A stretch of 64,000 nucleotides of DNA from Heterodontus francisci (taxonomy: Eukaryota). This document shows positions 1 to 10,328 of the stretch, piece after piece. The notes under the pieces are model-generated. The model was not told the origin of the DNA and made no database searches. It saw only the letters and a program-made list of their open reading frames with translations. The stretch spans positions 9,198,152 to 9,262,151 of the forward strand of contig NC_090417.1 in the NCBI RefSeq assembly GCF_036365525.1. Direction: 5' to 3'. Each line of letters opens with the position of its first letter. The stretch's first letter is position 1. A program made the translations under genes and the position numbers.

Positions 1-740
1 ATCGCTATTCCAACATGCCCCACCGCACTGCCCTATCCCAATCCTTGTCATCATCTCAGGATTTGTTTGTCCGGATGTGTATTCCTGAGGACAGTCAGCA
101 ACGGGAACCCCAGATCTTTCCAGGCAATCCAGTAAAGTGTTCTGGTTCCACCTGGGGACTATCCCAATCGCAGGGATTGTAATTCCACAGGACAGTCACA
201 AAGACGAAACTAATGATGGGGGTGGGGGATGTCCTGTGTGAAGTCATGTTCCAAGAGCAGACTCAGAAAGTCATGGCTCAACTGCAATGCAGATAATACT
301 CACTCAAGGAGATGGAAAGAGTGCCAGCTTGGAAAAATGTGAAAGGTGAAAGCTGAAATGGTGAGATTGTGAATGGGAAGATTTGTTAAAGAAAGAGAGA
401 TGACTGTGCCTATCTATCTGCTTTAACACATCAAGGTCAGTTGTCTGAATGTAGGCTCCCAAAAGGGAGCAGCACACAGCAGGAAACTGCAGAGTTCCTC
501 CGGTTTTCTATCCATTCTGGCCAGAAAATCAGGAACGTCTGTGATTTTCTGGTGGGTACTCTTGGCAATGGAGGCTCAATGCCAGGGCCTACATTCTGGC
601 AATCAGCCTGGTTATCTAAAACAGCATCTGAGAGATGGTTCCCACTGTTACCAAGAATAATAGACAATCCTGGATTTCAAATGGCTTTGTCAACCAGCTG
701 AACTCTTCAACCATTGCAGGCTTGGGATAGAATTTCAGGA

Positions 741-777
741 AGTTCTGATGAAAGGTCACAGACCTGAAATGTTAACT
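741..777 (+). ncRNA. Minimal type I hammerhead ribozyme motif in a Penelope-type short repeat
   Basis: AGTT-CTGATGA-a-AGGTC-aca-GACCT-GAAA-tg-T-T-AACT: both core boxes present, stem II AGGTC/GACCT, stem I AGTT/AACT. Confidence 0.6.
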
Positions 778-856
778 CTGTTTCCCTCTCCACAGATGCT
801 GAGTATTTCCAGTTTTTATTTCAGATTTCCAGCGTCCGCAGTATTTTGCTTTTGTG
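741..856 (+). repeat. Penelope-type short interspersed repeat (hammerhead-bearing), copy 1
   Basis: ctgatgaaaggtcacagacctgaaa...tccacagatgctg...atttccagc...gcagtattttgc; related copies at ~997, ~28225 and ~36725. Confidence 0.65.
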
Positions 857-996
857 TTAGTGTTTAATTCACTGCCACTTCTCTTCCAGGAATGACCCAC
901 CTTGAAAAGGTTCTGCTCTTCTCTCAAGTGGGATTTCCATTTGTCTCTACTACCTGTTCACCTTCATTGCTTTCTATTTCCCTTGTCGTGTTCAGG

Positions 997-1062
997 GATT
1001 CTGATGAAAGGTCACAGACCTGGAACATTTAACTCTGTTTCTCTCTCCATAGATGTTGCCAA
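997..1062 (+). repeat. Penelope-type short repeat copy 2, 5' part (continues at 6152-6195 after the LTR insertion)
   Basis: Same core as copy 1; agatgttgccaa (1051-1062) continues as ccaatcctgctgagt at 6152. Confidence 0.6.
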
Positions 1063-3353
1063 TAGTTACGACCAGGTGAGAAAGGGGTCTAGGGTTCCCT
1101 CTCAGCCTTCACCTGATCTTACCGTAACAGATGTAATTTTAAACACATATATTTTTAGCTCCCCCTTGGTGAATCCTTGTTTTTTTTGTCATTCATTCAT
1201 GGGATGTAGGCGTCACTGGCCAGGCCAGCATTAATTGCCCATCCCTAATTGCCCTTGAGAAGGCGGTGGTGAGCTGCCTTCTTGAACCGCTGCAGTCCAT
1301 GTTGTTAGGAAGGGAGTTCCAGGATTTTGACCCAGCGACAGTGAAGGAACAGCGATATAGTTCCAAGTCAGGATGGTGACTTGGAGGGGAACTTGCAGGT
1401 GGTGGTGTTCCCATGTATTTGCTGCCCTTGTCCTTCTAGGTAGAGGTCGCAGGTTTGGAAAGTGCTGTCTAAGGAGCCTTGGAGCATTGCTGCAGTGCAT
1501 CTTGTAGATGGTACACACTTTTGCCACTGTGCGTCGGTGGTGGAGGGAGTGAATATTTGTAGATGGGGTGCCAATCAAGCAGGCTGCTTTGTTCTGGATG
1601 GTGTCGAGCTTCTTGAGTGTTGTTGGAGCTGCACCCATCCAGGCAGGTGGAGAGTATTCCATCACATTCCTGACTTGTGCCTTGTAGATGGTGGACAGGC
1701 TTTGGGGAGTCAGGAGGTGAGTTACCCGCCTCAGGATTCCTAGCCTCTGACCTCCTCTTGCAGCCTAGGTATTTATACGGCTACTCCAGTTCTGTTTCTG
1801 GTCAATGGTAGCCCCTAGGATGTTGATAGTGGGGGATTCAGCGATGGTAATGCCGTTGAATGTCAAGGGGAGATGGTTAGATCCTCTCTTGTTGGAGATG
1901 GTCATTGCCTGGCACTTGTGTGGCGCGAATGTTACTTGCCACTAATCAGCCCAAGCCTGGATATTGTCCAGGTCTTGCTGCATTTCTACACGGACTGCTT
2001 CAGTATCTGAGGAGTCGTGAATGGTGCTGAACATTGTGCAATCATCAGTGAACATCCCCACTTCTGGCCTTATGATTAAAGGAAGGTCATTGATGAAGCA
2101 GCAGAAGATGGTTGGGCTAAGGACACTACCCTGAGGAACTCCTGCAGTAATGTCCTGGAGCTCAGGTGATTGACCTCCAACAACCACAACCATCTTCCTT
2201 TGCGCTCGGTATTACTCCAGCCAGCGGAGGGTTTTCCCCCAATTCCCATTGACCTCAGTTTTGCTAGGGCTCCTTGATGCCATACTCGGTCAAATGCTGC
2301 CTTGATGTCAAGGGCAGTCACTCTCGTCTCACCTCTTGAGTTCAGCTCTTTTGTCCATGTTTGAACCAAGGCTGTAATGAGGTCAGGAGCTGAGTGGTCC
2401 TGGCGGAACCCAAACTGAGCGTCACTGAGCAGGTTATTGCTAAGCAAGTGCCGCTTGATGGCACTGTTGATGACACCTTCCATCACTTTACTGATGATTG
2501 AGAGTAGGCTGATGGGGCGGTAATTGGCCGGGTTGGACTTGTCCTGCTTTTTGTGTACAGGACATACCTGGGCAATTTACCACATTGCAGGGTAGATGCC
2601 AGTGTTGTAGCTGTACTGGAACAGCTTGGCTAGGGGCGCGGCAAGTTCTGGAGCACAGGTCTTCAGTACTATTGCCGGAATATTGTCAGGGCCCATAGCT
2701 TTTGCAGTATCCAATGCCTTCAGTTGTTTCTTGATATCACGCGGAGTGAATCAAACTGGCTGAAGTCTGGCATCTGTGATGCTGGGGACTTCAGGAGGAG
2801 GCTGAGATGGATCATCAACTCGGCACTTCTGGCTGAAGATTGTTGCAAATGCTTCAGCCTTATCTTTCGCACTGATGTGCTGGGCTCCCCCATCATTGAG
2901 GATGGGGATATTTGTGGAGCCAGCTCCTCCAGTTAGTTGTTTAATTGTCCACCACCATTCACAGCTACATGTGGCAGGACTGCAGAGCTTAAATCTGATC
3001 CGTTGGTTATGGGATCCCTTAGCTCTGTCTACAGCATGCTGCTTACGCAGTTTGGCACGCATGTTATCCTGGGTTGTAGCTTCACCAGGTTGACACCTCA
3101 TTTTGAGGTATGCCTGGTGCTGCTCCTGGCATGCCCTCCTGCACTCTTCATTCATCCAGGGTTGGTCTCCTGGCTTGATGGTAATGGTAGAGTGGGGGAT
3201 ATGCCGGGCCATGTGGTTACAGATTGTGGTTGAGGATAATTCTGCTGCTGCTGATGGCCCACAGCGCCTCATGGATGCCCAGTTTTGCATTGCTAGATCT
3301 GTTCGAAATCTATCCCATTTAGCACGGTGATAGTGCCACACAACACGATGGAC

Positions 3354-5268
3354 ACAACGCAAACAGATGGACCGCTGGGTTGAGCACTACCTAGAACTGT
3401 ACTCCAGGGAGAATGCTGTCACTGAGACTGCCCTCAATGCAGCCCAGCCTCTACCAGTCATGGATGAGCTGGACATACAGCCAACCAAATCGGAACTCAG
3501 TGATGCCATTGATTCCCTAGCCAGCGGAAAAGCCCCTGGGAAGGACAGCATTACCCCTGAAATAATCAAGAGTGCCAAGCCTGCTATACTCTCAGCACTA
3601 CATGAACTGCTATGCCTGTGCTGGGACGAGGGAGCAGTACCCCAGGACATGCGCGATGCCAACATCATCACCCTCTATAAAAACAAAGGTGACCGCGGTG
3701 ACTGCAACAACTACCGTGGAATCTCCCTGCTCAGCATAGTGGGGAAAGTCTTTGCTCGAGTCGCTCTGAACAGGCTCCAGAAGCTGGCCGAGCGCGTCTA
3801 CCCTGAGGCACAGTGTGGCTTTCGTGCAGAGAGATCGACTATTGACATGCTGTTCTCCCTTCGTCAGATACAGGAGAAATGCCGTGAACAACAGATGCCC
3901 CTCTACATTGCTTTCATTGATCTCACCAAAGCCTTTGACCTCGTCAGCAGACGTGGTCTCTTCAGACTACTAGAAAAGATCGGATGTCCACCAAAGCTAC
4001 TAAGTATCATCACCTCATTCCATGACAATATGAAAGGCACAATTCAACATGGTGGCTCCTCATCAGAGCCCTTTCCTATCCTGAGTGGTGTGAAACAGGG
4101 CTGTGTTCTCGCACCCACACTTTTTGGGATTTTCTTCTCCCTGCTGCTTTCACATGCGTTCAAATCCTCTGAAGAAGGAATTTTCCTCCACACAAGATCA
4201 GGGGGCAGGTTGTTCAACCTTGCCCGTCTAAGAGCGAAGTCCAAAGTACGGAAAGTCCTCATCAGAGAACTCCTCTTTGCTGACGATGCTGCTTTAACAT
4301 CTCACACTGAAGAATGCCTGCAGAGTCTCATCGACAGGTTTGCGTCTGCCTGCAATGAATTTGGCCTAACCATCAGCCTCAAGAAAACGAACATCATGGG
4401 GCAGGATGTCAGAAATGCTCCATCCATCAATATTGGCGACCACGCTCTGGAAGTGGTTCAAGAGTTCACCTACCTAGGCTCAACTATCACCAGTAACCTG
4501 TCTCTAGATGCAGAAATCAACAAGCGCATGGGTAAGGCTTCCACTGCTATGTTCAGACTGGCCAAGAGAGTGTGGGAAAATGGCGCACTGACACGGAACA
4601 CAAAAGTCCGAGTGTATCAGGCCTGTGTCCTCAGTACCTTGCTCTACGGCAGCGAGGCCTGGACAACGTATGCCAGCCAAGAGCGACGTCTCAATTCATT
4701 CCATCTTCGCTGCCTTCGGAGAATACTTGGCATCAGGTGGCAGGACTATATCTCCAACACAGAAGTCCTTGAAGCGGCCAACATCCCCAGCTTATACACA
4801 CTACTGAGTCAGCGGCGCTTGAGATGGCTTGGCCATGTGAGCCGCATGGAAGATGGCAGGATCCCCAAAGACACATTGTACAGCGAGCTCGCCACTGGTA
4901 TCAGACCCACCGGCCGTCCATGTCTCCGTTATAAAGACGTCTGCAAACGCGACATGAAATCGTGTGACATTGATCACAAGTCGTGGGAGTCAGTTGCCAG
5001 CATTCGCCAGAGCTGGCGGGCAGCCATAAAGACAGGGCTAAATTGTGGCGAGTCGAAGAGACTTAGTAGTTGGCAGGAAAAAAGACAGAGGCGCAAGGGG
5101 AGAGCCAACTGTGCAACAGCCCCAACAAACAAATTTCTCTGCAGCACCTGTGGAAGAGCCTGTCACTCCAGAATTGGCCTTTATAGCCACTCCAGGCGCT
5201 GCTTCACAAACCACTGACCACCTCCAGGCGCGTATCCATTGTCTCTCGAGATAAGGAGGCCCAAAAGA
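3354..5268 (+). mobile_element. Young 5'-truncated RTE-clade LINE
   Basis: Perfect 22-bp TSD agtgccacacaacacgatggac at 3332-3353 and 5269-5290; uninterrupted RT ORF. Confidence 0.92.
3367..5217 (+). CDS. RTE-clade reverse transcriptase (C-terminal part of the ORF, 616 aa; endonuclease missing)
   Basis: KAPGKD, NYRGISLL, QCGFR, FIDLTKAFD, GVKQGC, LLFADD, FTYLGS, RRLRWLGHV, C-terminal CxxC..H zinc motif (CSTCGRACHSRIGLYSH). Confidence 0.9.
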   Translation: MDRWVEHYLELYSRENAVTETALNAAQPLPVMDELDIQPTKSELSDAIDSLASGKAPGKDSITPEIIKSAKPAILSALHELLCLCWDEGAVPQDMRDANIITLYKNKGDRGDCNNYRGISLLSIVGKVFARVALNRLQKLAERVYPEAQCGFRAERSTIDMLFSLRQIQEKCREQQMPLYIAFIDLTKAFDLVSRRGLFRLLEKIGCPPKLLSIITSFHDNMKGTIQHGGSSSEPFPILSGVKQGCVLAPTLFGIFFSLLLSHAFKSSEEGIFLHTRSGGRLFNLARLRAKSKVRKVLIRELLFADDAALTSHTEECLQSLIDRFASACNEFGLTISLKKTNIMGQDVRNAPSINIGDHALEVVQEFTYLGSTITSNLSLDAEINKRMGKASTAMFRLAKRVWENGALTRNTKVRVYQACVLSTLLYGSEAWTTYASQERRLNSFHLRCLRRILGIRWQDYISNTEVLEAANIPSLYTLLSQRRLRWLGHVSRMEDGRIPKDTLYSELATGIRPTGRPCLRYKDVCKRDMKSCDIDHKSWESVASIRQSWRAAIKTGLNCGESKRLSSWQEKRQRRKGRANCATAPTNKFLCSTCGRACHSRIGLYSHSRRCFTNH

Positions 5269-7748
5269 AGTGCCACACAACACGATGGACGGTATCCTCA
5301 ATGTGAAGGCGGGACTTTGTCTCTGCAAGGACTGTGCGGTGGTCACTCCTACCAATACTGTCATGGACAGAAGCATCTGCGGCAGGCAGATTGGTGAGGA
5401 CGAGGTCAAGTATGTTTTTCCCTCGTGTTGGTTTACTGCTTTCCAATTATAAGGCAAAGAAACCAGCACAAACAGATTTTCTTAGGTTTAAAGAAGAAAA
5501 GTTGAAATTTACTAAACTTGAACTTAAACTCTAATTCAGTTGAAGTCGATGGATAAACAACGCGCCCACGCTAGCCTGCATATGCAATACACACATGCAT
5601 GTCGAGGCAGAAAAGAGCAGAAGAAAAACAAAGTGGAAAGGTTTGAGGCAATATCTGAAGAGTTTTTGTTACAGTTCTTCGAGCTCACTGTAGAGTCCTT
5701 GATTGTAGGTCGATCTTGCTTTTCGTTGGGGCCCAGTATTCTTCTTAAACCTTGTTTGCTGCAGGAGACTTTTCTCGCTTGGGGTTCATGTGTCTCCAGT
5801 GGATTCAGAGGCTTGTGAGAAAGAGATGGGAGCAGACAGGAGAGATCTTCTCAGTCCAAGAGTAAACAGTCTTTCTGAGTTCAACCACTCTGTGGCCAGT
5901 TCAAAAGAAAATCCTGGAACAGCCAGGTAGTCATGTGACCAGTCCTGGCCCACATATATTGTATCCTCCTCAGCAGGCCCTGGAATGCGCTTCCTCACCT
6001 TCGATGTCTGTTAGTATGTTCATGTTTTTTTCCAACCACAGCTGATCTGTTTAAGAAGTCATTTGCTTGCTCCCAACAGCAGCTAAAAAATCAATGTTCA
6101 AATGACAAAACCAATGTGCCTCATTCTTGGCAGGTGTGGGCCTGCATGACACCAATCCTGCTGAGTCTTAACAGCATTGTCTCATTTTATTTCTGGGAAA
6201 AGTTGCTCCTTTAGCTATCTTGAGATGAGTTTTATATATGTCAGTATCGTGTTGTATACTGTGATTAGATGCTGTCCACACACAGTGCTAATTGAGAAGA
6301 CTGTTATTCCATACCATTATACACAGTGCTCTATTTTGCTTGTGTAAAATACTTGTGTTACCAGGGCCACCTTTCATACAGGTTTTTTTCACACAAAGTG
6401 ATCACATCTGGACAGACATGCAGTTGTGCAGGTAAATCGGTAGTATGCTCTGACGAGGAGTTGGAGGTACTTTCTAAAGAGATGAGTTGGGGCTAACAGA
6501 ACAGCTTTTCACATCCATATCTATCTTGTGTCCCCAATGTGTCTGGAAATGGCCAAATTACAACTCAAGGCAGCAGGACAAGTAAGATGTATGTGGAAGA
6601 TTTAGTCTGTGTATTTATACAAGTATGGTTGTGTTCCATATGTATGAACAAGTGCTACACATTTACATAGCGCAGTTGTAATAGCTCCATAATTTCATTT
6701 TCATCAGAGATGGTGCTGGAACATGTTAGTATGTGATGAAACATCTATTAATATTTAGCTTAACAGCTCTGATTAAAGCTTGGGTACAAAGCTCCCCAGA
6801 TGGCTGAAGATTATGCTACTGGTCCAAACAGACTAGATGGTCTCAGCCTCCATCAACGATCGGTGCTGAGTTAACTGATTCCAGCCAGGATGGCAACAAG
6901 TTGCATGACAATTAGCCTCAGGGACTTTGGATTAAGAAAGGGTAAATGTTCCAGGGTTCTTAGCTTTTGATCATGATCCAATGGCCCCTGTTAGGAACTG
7001 CAGCTGCAGACATTGGATGAGGACAGGATCAGGATCTTCTGCGATGTCTTCTGTGGTCAAATAGCATCACTGCCAAACATCACAAATGTCGATGAGGTAC
7101 CAAAGATGTCCCGCAACAACAACCAGTGCTTTTGAGAGAGGTTGTAAAAAAACTAGCAATTTATTTTGACTGAAGAATATCTGATACCTTGAGTACTTTG
7201 GTTAGAAGGAAGAAATTAGTGGCTCTTGAGTGCAATTTGTGCAGCAGTCAACTTTTTAGTCCAGTGCTGCCAGTGGAGTGGCACCTGTAGGTAATACTAA
7301 AAGTTTTTTTTCGTCTGTTAGGTGATATGCATGGAAACCGCTGACCATGCTTAAGTCTACATATCAAACTCCCGCGAAATCCAAGTAATTAGTTTCCATT
7401 TTCCAGAAAATGGAGTGCACACTTTCTTCCTGTAGGGACACGTCTCAATTGCCTAATCACAGACAATGTTGGCATCGATGGGCTGGAGCCAAGGATGTGG
7501 GATATTAAAGTGTGCACAATGTTATTGGTGGATTCGAACCTGCTAAAATCACATAACTTACTGCATGGTGCAATGGTGAGCTTCCACCTGAGGGTCCAAC
7601 CAAAATCATTCAGGCACTGGCTAGCAGAGTTATGCAGAATCAAGCAGGAACCCTCCTACCCCTCAGTAACAGGTCTACCCTATCCCAGGTTCAAACGTTT
7701 TTTCCTACCAGCTGGTCAAGCATCAATAATGTGCCTCAGTCTGTTGAC

Positions 7749-8102
7749 TTAGTCTTAGAGAGATACAGCACCGAAACAGGCCCTTCGGCCCGCTGAGTCC
7801 GGGCCGACCATCAACCTCCCATTTATACCGATCCTGCATTAATTAATCCCATTTTCCCTGTCACATCCCCACCTTCCCTCAATTCTCCTACCACCTACCG
7901 GCACTAGGGGCAATTTTGTTTTTTTATAATGGCCAATTTACCTATCAACCCGCAAGTCTTTGGCATGTGGGAGGAAACCGGAGCACCCGGAGGAAACCCA
8001 CGCGGTCACAGGGAGAACTTGCAAGGTCCACACAGGCAGTACCCAGAACCGAACCCGGGTCGCTGGAGCTGTGAGACTGCGGTGCTAATCACTGCGCCGC
8101 CC
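7749..8102 (-). mobile_element. HE1-like tRNA-derived V-SINE
   Basis: tRNA A/B-box head, V-domain (GCGTGGGTTTCCTCCGGGTGCTCCGGTTTCCTCCCAC) and CR1-type 3' tail. Confidence 0.85.
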
Positions 8103-9842
8103 TTAGCTGGCTCAGGGATTAGAATACAGTGTATACCAGAGGAAAACAGTTACGCTCACTTCATCTCCCATCATCAGGTGCTCTATCTCATCAACAACCC
8201 AAATCCAAAGAGAGCCTGTTTACTCCAACCCTGCCTCCAAGCAGATCGTCACAAGTGAATGTGGGTGAGTGTGCTCATTTGGTGCACAAACGTGTACCAA
8301 GGATTCCTGAACAGCACAGAGATCAGCACTGAAATCTGAAAGCACTGTCAATGTGCTTCTGATCCAATCAAGAGCACATGCCATTCCATATAAAATGGCA
8401 TATCTACTAATTACAGATGTAACAGATTGTCTCACTGCATACCAATTGATTTAGGAACTAATTAATTGTGGGAATATCAATCTTTATGCTGCCATGACAG
8501 TATGATCTCTGAGGTAAGGCACAGATGTTAGCCAACAACACACCCAGAAAGAAGCATTTACCTATATGCCTTAACTACATTGAGAATATAACCTCCCATC
8601 GCCTCCCCAATCCAGATCTCAATCCAACCTCACGGCCCAGTGCCAGGCAATAGCAACAAATGATGGAACTAAATGGAAACTCAAAACAGAAATGGGCAGA
8701 TCAATCCAACCCATGTTGGTGTTTATTCTTCAGGTGAGCAGTAGTCCAAATGCCATGTGCCAGCTTCATATTTTTCATTTCAATCAACCACCTATATAAC
8801 CTATTTTTAAATGTTGACATGATCCCTACTTCAATCACTAACCCAAGTGGTGCATTCCAGAGCCTCTGTGCAAAATGTTCTTCTGCTCTCTGTCCTAAAT
8901 CATTTACATTATGTCCTCATACCACCTCTTAATCTCCCCTGTTCTAACAAAAACAGAACATGAATTAGTTGATGAATTAGTTGCTTGTTAAATGCTAAAA
9001 TTCCATTTCTTTCTCATTACCAGGAAAGACAAACATAGAAGCCCCAAGTCCAACTCTTGGCTGTGGTCCTGGCTGATGGTCACACTTCCGCCTCCACTAC
9101 AAGCAAATCAGTGTGATTGGGAGAATATCAGAATCTTCCAGGATCAGATCCCTGACCTTTCACCAGTTGCAGAAGACTCTCACTTATGAGGAATATCACA
9201 CTGCCAACAGTTGAGAGTTCTTTGCTGACACTGGTTAAAGGTAGCTGAGAGACGCAGTTGTGAAACAGTTCAGATTTCCATGTCCTCACAAGTTAGAACA
9301 TATCAATAAGGGGAAAATCTCTCGGCCTGCAAAACTGAAACCTTGGATGAAAATATCTTAATCTTGATACTTACTGTGTGTTTGAAGTTTCCCATTCTCT
9401 TCCCAGCCACTACACTTATGTATTCAGTTGGGACTATCAGAAGCCAGAGTTTCCATCGACACTGGCAGTGTTGCTTTGAGTCTGCTGTCACAAGATCTGA
9501 CCAGGCCTTCCTTCCTGTCTCCCTTTACTCTGTTCTGTGTTTTCCCCTTAGGTTTTTTTGTCTGTATCTGGTAATTTTTCATTGTGCTCTCCCCTCTCTC
9601 CATCTGTCTTTGGTCGTTTTTGCTCTCGGTGCCCGTGTTATTTTGGTAGAAATGGAATTTGGAATCTACATGAAAAGGAGAAAATTTCTGCTTCAGTTTG
9701 CTAACAGTCCTTCATCAAATCAGGGTTTTACTGATATTAACCAATATCACACAGAACTGTTGCCTGTGATTGCATGCATGATTTCTGGGGTTTCAAAACC
9801 AGTACATTAAAAGGCAAGGAATCCCAACTTGTAGGAAGAATA

Positions 9843-9848
9843 TTTATT
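9843..9848 (-). terminator. Candidate polyadenylation signal (AATAAA) of GGH-like
   Basis: tttatt on the plus strand ~365 nt beyond the stop codon. Confidence 0.5.
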
Positions 9849-10212
9849 GAAGTATCTTTGTCTGAATGATGCATAATTCTTTGTATAATATAAATGATGC
9901 ATAATAAGGATAAGGTACATCCCTAGCCGAGAGTAAAAAATGTTCAGAATGGTAAATATTTAAATTATGCAAGTCATGTTTTAATTAGTTGCTCAATAGA
10001 TGCAAAAATTCACTTCTTTCCCAGGACGAGGGAAATGCAGTCCAGAAACTTTTAAGTTCACACTCCAATTCTAGTCGTAACAGATAGCCACACTACTTCC
10101 TTCACTCCAAGCAGATCACTCTGGTTGGGAGGTGAAAATTTTGTGTTTTCTGTTGGACTTTATTTTGCAGATCTCTGACAAAATTATTGCACCAAAAAAC
10201 GTCTGCATTTCT

Positions 10213-10328
10213 TTAGAAAAAATAGACCTGGATGTAGCTGGATGTAGGTATATAGCGTGGTCTGTAGTTATAGATTAGAGCTGCCTCTTCTTCCTTAGAG
10301 TTTGGGAAATGATGGAAGTTTTTCCGGG
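10213..10328 (-). CDS. GGH: GGH-like exon 9, terminal ([38 protein letters not shown])
   Basis: gtttgttcacag acceptor; ARKNxHxF...EE.ALIY motif; TAA at 10213-10215. Confidence 0.95.

Larger units (their letters stand above)
1183..5433 (-). mobile_element. 5'-truncated, degraded non-LTR retrotransposon (L2/Crack/Jockey-like group), interrupted by an RTE
   Basis: ORF fragments PTRGKNILDLVLTN (endonuclease end), [33 protein letters not shown]; 3' tail ...catgaatgaatga(a)n near 1183-1200. Confidence 0.85.
1063..6151 (-). mobile_element. Solo LTR (family A), interrupted by a LINE at ~1183-5433
   Basis: 1063-1182 plus 5434-6151 is the reverse complement of the uninterrupted copy at 32473-33375; 4-bp TSD CCAA at 1059-1062 and 6152-6155. 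Confidence 0.75.

Noticed and set aside
3367-5217. Retron, DGR or domesticated host RT gene
   Set aside because: The TSD, 5' truncation and RTE motifs show an ordinary LINE insertion; the ATG at 3367 is an internal Met.
9343-9810. 155-aa hydrophobic ORF
   Set aside because: T-rich low-complexity sequence downstream of GGH on the opposite strand; no motif or splice support.
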